Virus record (IMG/VR): IMGVR_UViG_3300046501_000558
Location: 17,478 to 81,477 of that record
Source of the DNA: a virus
Reading direction: 5' to 3' (one strand)
DNA length: 64,000 nucleotides
Made by a program: the position numbers and the translations under genes. The notes under the pieces were generated by a model. The model had not been told where the DNA came from. It made no database searches and saw nothing but the letters and a program-made list of their open reading frames with translations. Below, piece after piece: positions 9,705 to 19,226 of this stretch (positions are counted from its first letter, which is position 1; each line of letters begins with the position of its first letter).

Positions 9705-10274
9705 TTAAGAATCCATCCCTACGCCGTAACCCTTGAGCATTTTTGTAGATTTAAACTCTCGTTCATGTGCAAAACTTTTAAAACTTGTGAAGCAAGTTAA
9801 ACAGCAATGATTAGTTAGTAGTCTTAGCTGTTTACCGCCACTTACTTCATCAAGAAACGCAAATAACTCGCCGTGAAAACCAAGCCACTGCTCACCGTTT
9901 TCTAAGAAAATTTCAGCATCCTCATCCCCTAAAAATTCCCAAAGCTCTAAATGGGCAGGTGAAGCCACTTGAATTTCATAATCCGATGTTTCGCCTGTAA
10001 CCTCATCTATCGCATGCACTCGACTAACTATATGAAAGCTTTGGGCCGAACTGATAGTTTCTGTTTTTAATGCAAGAGCCAAATCGCCTTTATAAGCGTT
10101 CATCCATACATTCAACGGCGTCACAACATCCTCGGTTGCATTAAAACCACCAAGTAAGTGATGAAGCTCAATTACTCGATTTGCATTATTAGCTTCCCAA
10201 GTCATTTGCAGTTTATGAACCTTTTGCTTAACGACCTGCTTAGGATCATATTTTTTATTTCGCTTTTTCTGCAT
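9705..10274 (-). CDS. Hypothetical phage protein
   Basis: 189-aa ORF with basic KKRNKKYDP N-terminus. Confidence 0.6.
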   Translation of the reverse strand: MQKKRNKKYDPKQVVKQKVHKLQMTWEANNANRVIELHHLLGGFNATEDVVTPLNVWMNAYKGDLALALKTETISSAQSFHIVSRVHAIDEVTGETSDYEIQVASPAHLELWEFLGDEDAEIFLENGEQWLGFHGELFAFLDEVSGGKQLRLLTNHCCLTCFTSFKSFAHEREFKSTKMLKGYGVGMDS

Positions 10275-10318
10275 TTACTTAAACACCCAATGAAAATATG
10301 GATTTAACGAAATTAAAG

Positions 10319-11980
10319 TCATGCTACAGCTCTCATTTGTGAATCTGATTTATCAAAAGGATTATTTGCACGTGCGATCGACATCATTGGGTACGGCGAA
10401 ACACTATTACCGACCATATTGACTTGATCCTTTTTAGAAAATGGCTTCCCATCATGGCCGTGCTCGATGATGTAAGAATCAGGAAAGCCTTGAGCCTTAT
10501 ACAGCTCTCGCGGGTGAAGCATTCGCATTCGAATATCGACTATTAGCCATGGCTCCCCTTTTATCCAAACCGTTACTAACGCTAAGCGGTCTTTTGTAGT
10601 AACTGTATCCATTGGTTGCGTAAGGTCCCGTGCATCCCCATTACCGTAAAAATTGATAAGAAAAGATGCGACACGCAAAGCGCCGTCTAAATTTTCTTTA
10701 CTTAACGTTGCAGAGACTAGCTGCTGCTGACTCCCTGAATTTGTTATTGTTGTTAAAGGTTCATTTAAAGTGCGCCCATCTATTTCATTAAAACCACCGT
10801 TAGCCTGCATCATGTATGCCGCTACTACAGCATGATGCCCCCCTTTAACTTGAGCGCATATAGTCGAAAGAGGGTCTTCAACTGACCAATTTCTTTGCTG
10901 TGAAGCGTTAGCAAACTCGGTTAGATACGGAGCCAAAATTGGACTAACCAAAGCACTATGCCCGCCGTATGCGGATGTCGTTGTAGCTAATGGATCCTTA
11001 ATACTGTGACCTACACCAGTTCTAAAGTCTCTACTGATAAACGGCGCTGCTGTATTAACAAAAAAAGGATCTTTTGCATCAATCACAAACTTCTGCAAGC
11101 CGCGTGCAATGCGTTTCATAGTGGCATCAGCTAAATGCTTTGGCCTACCGAATATTGATTTTCCGAGATCTGAAAAATCTATACATTCCGCTGCCGCTTT
11201 CCATTTCGTTTGACCACGTTTCGGATCCTTATGTAAAAGTGGATCTTCCCAATTAATAGGCTGGCCGTCACAGCGTGCAACCAAGAAAAGGCGGTCCCGA
11301 GTTGTTGGCGCACCAAAGTCCGAAGCTTTTAATCGTTTCCAATCGACCACGTAGCCAAGTTTTTCAAGACTTTTGACAAAATGACGCCATGTTTTGCCTT
11401 TTAATTTTGGATTAGGTACTAAAAATTGATTATGTCGCGGTACTCGCTCTCCTGGTTCTGCAACCCGATTAATGAGTTTGTTATTCACTTTTATTTTTTC
11501 GAGTGTGACAACGCGACCTGTATCTTTATCTCTTTTTGCTATTAAAGGCCCCCAATTAAGGATCTGTCTTACATTTTCCATGCTAATCAGATCTGGCTTA
11601 ACCTTACCCGCAAACTTAATGACTACCCAACTAAGATCCCTTATTTCTTTCTTACGTGGTTGCCCACCTGCAGCTTGAGAGTGATGAGTGCAATCAGGAC
11701 TTGCATGGAACCAGCCAACGGGGTAGCCGTCACATATTGCAATGGGATCTACTGCAAAAACATCTTGTACGTAATGCTTTGTGTGTGGATGGTTCGCCGC
11801 ATGCATCGAAATGGCTTTGGGATTATGGTTTACCGCTGCATATACTGTACGGTTTAAGCCCATTTCAAGGCCTGTGCTTGCTCCACCACCACCAGCAAAG
11901 TAGTCGATGATAATCTTTTCACCAAAATTTAAAGCAAACTGAGTTTTAAAGGTTTTCGAGCAATCTACAAAACTGGTCAT
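10319..11980 (-). CDS. DNA (cytosine-5) methyltransferase, orphan
   Basis: Motif I DYFAGGGG, motif IV ASPDC, motif VI MENV, R.RLF, C-terminal GNSV; repeated (D/E)PL.T.T insert. Confidence 0.92.
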   Translation of the reverse strand: MTSFVDCSKTFKTQFALNFGEKIIIDYFAGGGGASTGLEMGLNRTVYAAVNHNPKAISMHAANHPHTKHYVQDVFAVDPIAICDGYPVGWFHASPDCTHHSQAAGGQPRKKEIRDLSWVVIKFAGKVKPDLISMENVRQILNWGPLIAKRDKDTGRVVTLEKIKVNNKLINRVAEPGERVPRHNQFLVPNPKLKGKTWRHFVKSLEKLGYVVDWKRLKASDFGAPTTRDRLFLVARCDGQPINWEDPLLHKDPKRGQTKWKAAAECIDFSDLGKSIFGRPKHLADATMKRIARGLQKFVIDAKDPFFVNTAAPFISRDFRTGVGHSIKDPLATTTSAYGGHSALVSPILAPYLTEFANASQQRNWSVEDPLSTICAQVKGGHHAVVAAYMMQANGGFNEIDGRTLNEPLTTITNSGSQQQLVSATLSKENLDGALRVASFLINFYGNGDARDLTQPMDTVTTKDRLALVTVWIKGEPWLIVDIRMRMLHPRELYKAQGFPDSYIIEHGHDGKPFSKKDQVNMVGNSVSPYPMMSIARANNPFDKSDSQMRAVA

Positions 11981-12231
11981 ATTGAGAACCCACCAATAAG
12001 AACAGCATTACTTGGGCATTTCTTTAAAAAAAATATTTGGTCCCGAACCCACTGATCAAGATGCCTTTCTATTTGCTCATTGCTTTGAAAAGTTGGTCGC
12101 TTAAACGTTATAGCAACGTTATCAAATTGGTTTTTAACTGATAGAACGGCGTTACTATATTTTGATAAAACTAAGTAACGAATATCTTGTGAAACACTTT
12201 CATTATTGAAAATTAACGGTTTTTCTTTCAT
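11977..12231 (-). CDS. Hypothetical protein
   Basis: 84-aa ORF whose stop overlaps the MTase start. Confidence 0.55.
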   Translation of the reverse strand: MKEKPLIFNNESVSQDIRYLVLSKYSNAVLSVKNQFDNVAITFKRPTFQSNEQIERHLDQWVRDQIFFLKKCPSNAVLIGGFSI

Positions 12232-12247
12232 AAAAGCCTCTTAAAAT

Positions 12248-12301
12248 TGATCAATCAACCAAATGATCATTTATACATATGTGCAAATGATCATTTGTAC
12301 C
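12248..12301. repeat. 8-bp-phased TGNNCA array (candidate parS)
   Basis: TGATCA/TATACA/TGTGCA/TGATCA/TGTACC boxes at 8-bp period. Confidence 0.7.
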
Positions 12302-12366
12302 TATTTTTAATACCTTGATTTGTGGATCAAGCTCCCTAAACTTGATCCTTAATCTTGCTTAGGCTA

Positions 12367-13719
12367 TTAATCCATCACTTCATTTAAGTAACTTACAATT
12401 TGCTCACCAATCCATTTCATAACTGGTACAGCCATGGAGTTACCTAACGCCGCATATCTTCGAGTGTCTGGACAATCACACTCTTTCTTTCCGCGGTAAG
12501 GTATCTGTGTGTAATTATCAGGGAAACCCTGAAGCCGCTCGCATTCGAGCGGAGTTAAACGCCGTACAACACCTTCATGAATAAAATTCTGACAGTGCGT
12601 ACCTTGTGAAGCAGTTAAAGCACCAGCAATATTTCCATCGCCTCCGACTGGTCTAACTTCATCACGGCTATTCTGTTGATAGCTCACCCCATGAACGTCA
12701 GTTCTTGTTAAACAAGCTGTTCTCTCCAAAGTTGGCGTAACAGAGTTACCGCCATTTTCAGCTTTACGGCCAATCCAATTACCAGGAAAACCAAAAACAT
12801 TAGAAATTGGTTTTGTGCCTGTTGAAGCCCTTAATGTTGGTGCTCTTTCAAGCGCCACATCATCTGCAGCATTACTATTACTGCAAAAAATAAGATCTTC
12901 ATTAAACAAAATCTTTCCGTCTTCAACGGATTGATTGCCTAAACCTTTCTCATCGGACTTACATAAAGTACCAATAGGATCTTTATGGCTTATCCAGCTA
13001 TTTGTGCTTGAATTTTTAGCGCTTGCTCGAATGGCTCGGGCAATCTCTTTCCGCGTTTTGCGGACCGGCGCAGAATCCCGTCGCACGCCGTTGAACTCAA
13101 ATAATATTTTCTCGGCACGGAACTCTTCTCTAGCACTTCCGACAACAAAGAGACGCCGCCTACGTTGGGGAACTCCGAAATATTGGGCATCGAGGATCCG
13201 CCAAGATGCTGACCTTTGGGGTCCAAACAAAAAACCTGCGTTTTTCCACTTCTTCCCTGCTGGTTGAAGCTCAATATCTTCTCCGGCAAGTGCTCCCAGA
13301 AAGCACCCGTATGCATTGTCTTTTGTAGACAAGACTCCGGGGACGTTTTCCCACACAACAATAACGGGTTCTTTTCCATTCTTAATTCTCACTTCATCAA
13401 TTGCATTAGCGATATCAATAAACACAAGTGACAGCTGTCCTCTTGAGTCATTTAACGAGTTTCTAAGTCCCGCAACACTAAAAGCTTGGCACGGCGTGCC
13501 ACCTATTAAAATGTCAGGAGCTTCGATTTCCTCATTCCTAATTTTCTCCGCAATACTTGTCATATCACCGAGATTAGGCACATTAGGGTAGTGATGATCT
13601 AAAACAGCACTTGGAAATTGTTCAATTTCCGCAAACCATATCGGATCCCACCCAAGGCTATGCCACGCAACCGTCGGAGCTTCAATTCCCGAACAGACAG
13701 AGCCATACGTCAAAACCAT
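12367..13719 (-). CDS. DNA (cytosine-5) methyltransferase, alpha polypeptide
   Basis: GSVCSGIEA, GGTPCQAFS, WENVPG, QRRRRLF, RRLTPLECERLQGFPD, GNS motifs. Confidence 0.95.
   Translation of the reverse strand: MVLTYGSVCSGIEAPTVAWHSLGWDPIWFAEIEQFPSAVLDHHYPNVPNLGDMTSIAEKIRNEEIEAPDILIGGTPCQAFSVAGLRNSLNDSRGQLSLVFIDIANAIDEVRIKNGKEPVIVVWENVPGVLSTKDNAYGCFLGALAGEDIELQPAGKKWKNAGFLFGPQRSASWRILDAQYFGVPQRRRRLFVVGSAREEFRAEKILFEFNGVRRDSAPVRKTRKEIARAIRASAKNSSTNSWISHKDPIGTLCKSDEKGLGNQSVEDGKILFNEDLIFCSNSNAADDVALERAPTLRASTGTKPISNVFGFPGNWIGRKAENGGNSVTPTLERTACLTRTDVHGVSYQQNSRDEVRPVGGDGNIAGALTASQGTHCQNFIHEGVVRRLTPLECERLQGFPDNYTQIPYRGKKECDCPDTRRYAALGNSMAVPVMKWIGEQIVSYLNEVMD
12990..13379 (-). CDS. Nested out-of-frame MTase beta polypeptide (M.EcoHK31I beta-like)
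   Basis: Alternative-frame ORF inside the MTase with LLSEVLE...VPRKYYLSSTACDGILRRSAKRGKRLP, as recalled for EcoHK31I-type beta subunits. Confidence 0.7.
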   Translation of the reverse strand: MEKNPLLLCGKTSPESCLQKTMHTGAFWEHLPEKILSFNQQGRSGKTQVFCLDPKGQHLGGSSMPNISEFPNVGGVSLLSEVLEKSSVPRKYYLSSTACDGILRRSAKRGKRLPEPFEQALKIQAQIAG

Positions 13720-13939
13720 GAGTTTTCTATCCTAAAATTTGGGGCGGGGATCGTGCTCCAACTCCAAATATTCAAGAAATGAAAATTCCATGCTATTTCA
13801 ACTCTAAAAATGCATTAATTGCATAATTATGCATTTAAGTATATTACATAATACGCATTATGCAATATCGCATATAAACTATTTTAAATATAAAAAAACC
13901 TCCACTTAGGGAGGTCTTTTTTATTTGGCATATCTTCTT

Positions 13940-15196
13940 TTAAATTTCTAACTCATTAACACTACTTTCAATGTCATCCTCTGTACCATCTCGCTCCTTC
14001 TCATTTTTCTGAAGGTTTAAAAGGCCATTGTTTAATTGACAGTGAACATAATAATCAAAGTCGATTAGCTTGATGTCATTTAACAGGCTTGGCTTACTTC
14101 TCAAAAGGGTGGCAAGAATCTCTTTTGCAAGTTTTCGATTACTTACTTCATCATCTGTTGTTGAACCTGCATAAAACTCACTGTAATCATTCAAGAATTG
14201 TGGGCATGACACCAAGAACCCGATTTGCTTAGGTGTAAAGGAATCAATACGGTTAATATACTTCTCACGATCAGGTGATTTAAAGTGAGAGCCATCGTCG
14301 TTGTAAGGTATACCCGCTTTTAACAGCTTAGTTTTGAATTCATGTAACTTATCTTCAATCTTCTTAATACGATCTGAAGCTTTGTATTCGTAATTAAATC
14401 TCAGACCAACAATACTGAGGCCACTTTTAATATTCTCGACCTTTAGAATTGTAATATTAGATAAGTCATTAATTTCTTTTATTGAAGGCTTAATAATACG
14501 GCGCTTTAAATTATCGATGTCATTGTAAGAAGGCTTATCTTCTAAATCTAATGCAAATTTTAGATCATCTAAGGAAATTTCAAGAATATTTGATTTCCAT
14601 TTATTTTCAATTAGCATTCGATAGATTCTCATTGAATAAAAGCCATCAAGTTGTGTCACTTGCTTTAATTCATGTGAAAAATATCCATCAAGCTTTTTAT
14701 CATCTGCTTGATCAACTAATACCCGATAAAAGTATTCATAAAATTCTGGCGCAAAACGAATATCGATACTTTTACTTTTGGCAATATATTTGCAATAAGT
14801 AATCATCGGTACTTTTGCTGGCACAGGTGAATCTGGTTCTTTGACTTTCATTATTAGTGGCTGGAATTTGTTATAAATTCGAAGCAATGCTTTGTCTGCA
14901 GTCTTTTCTATAAGCTTTAATTCAGCTTCTTCTAAAGCAGTTGCTTCGCCACTAATGACTTTTTTATGTGTAAGTTCAGCGTAATTACGCGCAGAGATAC
15001 GAATCTTTGAATTAGGATCAATAGGGCCTTTATTTTCAAGCTCTAACTTCCGTATAACAATCATAGCCGCAAACATTAGCTTTTCTTGGTTTGGATCGTT
15101 ACTATAGCTTGCGTAAGCCATGGTGTTGCGAGTTACTACAAGAGAGTCTTTCTTTACTCGTTTAGCTATTATTAGCTCATCTTTTTGTTCGCTCAT
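13940..15196 (-). CDS. repB: Plasmid replication initiator (Rep_3/RepB family)
   Basis: N...ASY..EKLMFAAM, IRFAPEF, YSMRIYRML, ISLDDLKFAL..Y..IDNLKRRIIKPSIKEIN, K.G.SIVG motifs; adjacent iteron array. Confidence 0.88.
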   Translation of the reverse strand: MSEQKDELIIAKRVKKDSLVVTRNTMAYASYSNDPNQEKLMFAAMIVIRKLELENKGPIDPNSKIRISARNYAELTHKKVISGEATALEEAELKLIEKTADKALLRIYNKFQPLIMKVKEPDSPVPAKVPMITYCKYIAKSKSIDIRFAPEFYEYFYRVLVDQADDKKLDGYFSHELKQVTQLDGFYSMRIYRMLIENKWKSNILEISLDDLKFALDLEDKPSYNDIDNLKRRIIKPSIKEINDLSNITILKVENIKSGLSIVGLRFNYEYKASDRIKKIEDKLHEFKTKLLKAGIPYNDDGSHFKSPDREKYINRIDSFTPKQIGFLVSCPQFLNDYSEFYAGSTTDDEVSNRKLAKEILATLLRSKPSLLNDIKLIDFDYYVHCQLNNGLLNLQKNEKERDGTEDDIESSVNELEI

Positions 15197-15309
15197 ACAG
15201 AAAACCCCAACAAAACCTACAAATTATCATTTTGTACGTTTATAACATCTTTTTAGTTATCATACTTCATTAAGTTAGAATATTTACATACAGAAACACC
15301 GTTAATTTC

Positions 15310-15810
15310 GAGACATATTGTACGGTTTCTCTAAGAATCTCTTTTTTTAGCCCCCTCCCCTCCCGTTTTTAGCCATTTTTTGAGACATGTTGTACGGTTT
15401 CAATGTTCAGCATGGCTCTATATCCAGATAAAAAGCTTATTTTTTATTATAGTTTGTGGTGCTTTCCCCCTAAATGCAGTATTTGAGACAAGTTGTACGG
15501 TTTTAAAATAATTAAGACAAGTTGTACGGTTAATCAATTTTGAATAATTTTTATATAGAAAATGCTCTAAATCATCGATTTGATTACTTTTTATCTTAAT
15601 GTGGATAATTCTGTTGATAAAATGAGACGTTTTGTACGGAGAAAAGACAAGTTGTACGGTTTCTGAGACATGTTGTAGGGTTTCACAGACACGTTGTACG
15701 GGTTTAAAGACGTCCTGTACGGTCATCAAGACATGTTGTAGGGTTTTAAATACACCTTGTACGGTCTTTGAGACATGTTGTACGGGTTTGGAGACATGTT
15801 GTACGGAGGT
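15310..15810. repeat. Iteron array of plasmid origin (AGACA.GTTGTACGG)
   Basis: Nine copies, AGAC core at 15625 then every 21 bp from 15645 to 15792, plus scattered copies near 15310, 15382, 15485, 15514 toward rep. Confidence 0.9.
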
Positions 15811-15829
15811 TGGATTGTAAGATGTTGAT

Positions 15830-15970
15830 TAATATAAATTATTTAACACTCTAAAACCATACCTAAAACCTTCTAAAACCCTCTCTAAAACCTTTTAAAA
15901 CCCTTCTAAAAACTATTTAAAAATATATAAAACCCTCATATTTTTTTTAAATTCATTTTTAAATTTATTT
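15830..15970. promoter_or_regulatory. AT-rich unwinding region of oriV with TAAAACC repeats
   Basis: Several (C)TAAAACC repeats at 15851-15915 followed by a long A/T tract next to the iterons. Confidence 0.6.
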
Positions 15971-16033
15971 CACACGAAAGATACACCTCGAAAGGCATAT
16001 CCATCAGATCTTAAAAAATATTGCTATGTAAGC

Positions 16034-16579
16034 TTACATACTAGTAACTGTGCTTAGCAATGAATCCAGTGATACAAATTTTTCAATTAAGTCTGTATTG
16101 CAATGTGCTGACCCTACCCAACCTGAATTTGAAAAATAAATTTCAGAATCACTAGGCCCTGCTCTGTGATAACACGATGAAAGAAAATTGAAATGAGTTG
16201 CACCAACTGGTGCTTTTTTAAGAATGGAAAGAATATTGTTTTTTGAAAAAAGTTCTTTTATCCATAATTTGAAATAAGCATGTTTAAAATCTGTAGTCTT
16301 AATGATACTTCTTCCTTTAACAAACTCATTCCATTGTTCATAAGTAAGATCTAATGCAAACCAATCATTACTCACTTTATTGAAACAATGAGGGATCTTA
16401 AATTGCCCCATTTTTTGTTCAGGATCAAATTTATAAAAATACACTCCGGTTGTATCAATACATACATCGGTCGCATCTACAGGCATGTTTTTATAAATTT
16501 GATGATCAAATAAAAATACTTTATTCATTGCTTTATTCCGCATCTGAGGTTTTAAAAATTGGTTTAAGACATTTAGCAA
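16034..16579 (-). CDS. Hypothetical phage protein
   Basis: Two copies of a (M/A)P.(D/G)AT motif. Confidence 0.6.
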   Translation of the reverse strand: MLNVLNQFLKPQMRNKAMNKVFLFDHQIYKNMPVDATDVCIDTTGVYFYKFDPEQKMGQFKIPHCFNKVSNDWFALDLTYEQWNEFVKGRSIIKTTDFKHAYFKLWIKELFSKNNILSILKKAPVGATHFNFLSSCYHRAGPSDSEIYFSNSGWVGSAHCNTDLIEKFVSLDSLLSTVTSM

Positions 16580-16965
16580 TTTTTTAACCTTTTTAACCGA
16601 GCATTTTGATATGTGGCCGTTAGGAATGTACAGATATTACATCGACAACCCACATGATAGCCATTACGCCCATGTTTAAGATTAGGTGGTAGAACCCCCT
16701 TTTCTTTAAACTCATTTTTATAGTTTTCCAATCTCTTAGAATTAGCTTGGATGGTTTTATCTTTAATTTCTTTTTTATAAAAATCTACACAGACCGAACA
16801 TCTGCATTGATAAATATTAAAAGCCGTGTAAGAGCCATGTTTTGTTCTTTTTGTGGCGAACTCTCCTGTTTCTTTAAACTTTTGTTGTAGTAAAGCCCTA
16901 GAAGCTTTTTGATTTTGTGGTTTATCATGATTCATGATCATTTTCTCAATTGGGTAAAAGTACAT
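16573..16965 (-). CDS. Putative Zn-finger protein
   Basis: Duplicated HG...CRC..C motif. Confidence 0.65.
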   Translation of the reverse strand: MYFYPIEKMIMNHDKPQNQKASRALLQQKFKETGEFATKRTKHGSYTAFNIYQCRCSVCVDFYKKEIKDKTIQANSKRLENYKNEFKEKGVLPPNLKHGRNGYHVGCRCNICTFLTATYQNARLKRLKNC

Positions 16966-17014
16966 TTGTGTAAATGATCATTTGTACATATGTTTATAAG
17001 TGCAAATGATCATT
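16935..17014. repeat. 8-bp-phased TGNNCA array (candidate parS)
   Basis: TGATCA at 16935, 16975 and 17007 with TGTGTA/TGTACA/AGTGCA boxes in the same 8-bp register. Confidence 0.7.
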
Positions 17015-17019
17015 TTTGG

Positions 17020-17427
17020 TTAAATAAAATCTCTAATGTTTTTCTCTATTTGAAACATTCCATCACGAATATTTTGAACACCGTATTTAATAAGATTGTA
17101 TTTTCCTTCACCTTTGGCATATCCAATCTTTCTTAAAGCTACAGTAGTAATTCCCAAGTAATCAGCTAGAGCTTTTTGTCTTCCACTCCCCAATTTAATC
17201 CAGACCTTTAAACGATTATGCAAATCTATTGCCTGACGTTCTTCACGCTCAATTTTCTTGATATTTACCTTAATTTGTTGCATCAAATCATGATCAACGC
17301 GATAAGTGAAGATCCTGGTATGTAAAGTCTGCCGCTTAATATCCAAAAGGGCAGATAGTTGTGACAAACGTCCACGGCGTTTGCTGATCCATTTATTTAA
17401 AAAAATATAATCTTTAATTAAGGACAT
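17020..17427 (-). CDS. Protein with duplicated HTH-like repeat
   Basis: WI..RRGRLSQLSALLDI and WI.LGSGRQKALADYLGI internal repeat; start taken at MSLIKD. Confidence 0.6.
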   Translation of the reverse strand: MSLIKDYIFLNKWISKRRGRLSQLSALLDIKRQTLHTRIFTYRVDHDLMQQIKVNIKKIEREERQAIDLHNRLKVWIKLGSGRQKALADYLGITTVALRKIGYAKGEGKYNLIKYGVQNIRDGMFQIEKNIRDFI

Positions 17428-17429
17428 TT

Positions 17430-18248
17430 TTAAATCCCATAAAACAAATCTTGTTGACGTTCGGCCTGAGGATTTATCCAAAGAATTTCCTCACGACCAA
17501 CTGAACCTGCTTGACTAGTAGCAGCAACATTTTTTACAGCCTTTTGCCAGCCTAACCGGTTATATAGATCATTTTCATAACCACACAAAATGACCTGTCC
17601 TTTAACATTTTTAAGAACATCTATTAATTGCTCATGCTCTGCAAAAGACATCTCATGTTTATAGGCAGTACCTGCAGTGTTGCGAACATCTAATAAATAA
17701 GGCGGATCAATAAAGAATAAAGTGTCTAGTCGGTCATGATCTTGAATGACCTGAAGGGCATCACGATTTTCAATCATGACCTTACTTAAACGTTTAGCTG
17801 CCTCAAGAATTAAGTTTGGTTGCCGTTGCCAGATAGTTACTAAGTCTGTACAACCTCGACCAGTATCCAGCCTAAACCCCGTATTACCATTTGAAGCCCC
17901 AACGCTACTGAAACCCATTTGTGCCCTAATAACTAAACGTCTTGCGCGTTCTACAGAATCTTCAGCCACTTCACGAGAAAGGTTAAATTCAGTTCTAGAA
18001 TAAGGTGTAAGTTGAATTTGACTAGCCAACGTCTTAGAAAGATTAGGATCACGAAGCACTTCAAAAAAATTAACTACTTCGTTATCTAGATCGTTATAAA
18101 CCTCGCAGCGACTTGGCGTTTTATTCAAGAGAACAGAAGCACCGCCACCAAATGGCTCAACGTAAGTGTCATGCAATGGAAAATAAGAAAGTATCCAATT
18201 AGATAATCTATATTTACCGCCATGGTAGCGAATTAGAGGATGATTCAT
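17430..18248 (-). CDS. DNA adenine methyltransferase (Dam/D12 class), orphan
   Basis: YHGGK, YVEPFGGGAS, YNDL, FFIDPPY motifs. Confidence 0.93.
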   Translation of the reverse strand: MNHPLIRYHGGKYRLSNWILSYFPLHDTYVEPFGGGASVLLNKTPSRCEVYNDLDNEVVNFFEVLRDPNLSKTLASQIQLTPYSRTEFNLSREVAEDSVERARRLVIRAQMGFSSVGASNGNTGFRLDTGRGCTDLVTIWQRQPNLILEAAKRLSKVMIENRDALQVIQDHDRLDTLFFIDPPYLLDVRNTAGTAYKHEMSFAEHEQLIDVLKNVKGQVILCGYENDLYNRLGWQKAVKNVAATSQAGSVGREEILWINPQAERQQDLFYGI

Positions 18249-18261
18249 ATTTCTTATCCTA

Positions 18262-19224
18262 CTAAATCACAGGAATTGGTTTGCGCTGGCGATAACTGCC
18301 CCAATCGCATTTAATAACAAGAATGCGATCGGACTCTAAAAATCGATCAGCTGAGCGGCTACCTATCAATTGATACAATTCATCATGAGCAACATTCGAT
18401 GTCATGATAGTCGGTAAGTGTCGTTTATATCTTTCATCAAGAATTGTTGAGTAGGCTTCAAAAAGATGAGTACTAGATTCTAGGCTGCCGATATCATCAA
18501 TGCACAATATAGGCACACTTGAGAGCCGCTGGATAATGGCTTTAACAGTGTTGTTACTTGTGTTGCTCCATGTCTCTTTGATGTCATGGATAATTTGAGC
18601 TTCTGTAATGAATAAACAGCGCAATTTATTCTTATACTTTATGTCATTTGTGTCATGACTCGTACAGGTAACAGACCGCTTTATGATGTTTTGCATAAAT
18701 ATCGAAGCCATGGCTGTTTTACCTGTTCCCATAGCACCGCCAAGATAAATATTTCGATGATTTAGAGCATCCCCTTTCCCCAACAAATTTTTAATGTCTT
18801 CGATCAATGTTGAGACAATCAGTGTTTGTTTAGAACTTTGAGATAAATCCAAATTTTCAAAAGACATATTCAAAGAGTTTTTAGGTAAATTTGCGTTTAG
18901 GTACTCATCTTGAATACGTGAATTTATTGCTGCTTCAATAGCTGGCTTCTTTTCAAGTAAACGACACTCATCACAAGTATTTTCGACTTTCTCAGAAATA
19001 CTTGAAGGAATTTGTATTTCTTTAAAGCCATGTATTAAACAACCTACTTTCACAGTTTTGATCGAAAGTAGAGATTGAATTGGGTGGTGATTTTTTAGAG
19101 TGTCAGCTTTTGCATCAGCTTGGGCACAATAAGGACAATTAGTATTTTGATCACCATCAAACTTTCTATATTCACCATGTGCAAGGCATGAAAAGTTTTT
19201 AAATAAATTATGCATAGCGCCCAT
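18262..19224 (-). CDS. DnaC/IstB-like AAA+ helicase loader
   Basis: N-terminal Cys/His Zn motifs, Walker A GAMGTGKT, Walker B ILCIDDIG, ILDERY..LPTIMTSN. Confidence 0.88.
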   Translation of the reverse strand: MGAMHNLFKNFSCLAHGEYRKFDGDQNTNCPYCAQADAKADTLKNHHPIQSLLSIKTVKVGCLIHGFKEIQIPSSISEKVENTCDECRLLEKKPAIEAAINSRIQDEYLNANLPKNSLNMSFENLDLSQSSKQTLIVSTLIEDIKNLLGKGDALNHRNIYLGGAMGTGKTAMASIFMQNIIKRSVTCTSHDTNDIKYKNKLRCLFITEAQIIHDIKETWSNTSNNTVKAIIQRLSSVPILCIDDIGSLESSTHLFEAYSTILDERYKRHLPTIMTSNVAHDELYQLIGSRSADRFLESDRILVIKCDWGSYRQRKPIPVI

Positions 19225-19226
19225 TC

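Noticed and set aside
11472-13591. Several plus-strand ORFs within the methyltransferase genes
   Set aside because: Antisense shadows without motifs, unlike the same-strand beta ORF
15625-15810. Possible CRISPR or mini-array
   Set aside because: 21-bp period with no room for spacers, adjacent to a Rep_3 gene: iterons
15418-15820. ORFs 15418..15729 and 15632..15820 with repetitive TCC/VQ.V peptides
   Set aside because: Translation artefacts of the 21-bp iteron array
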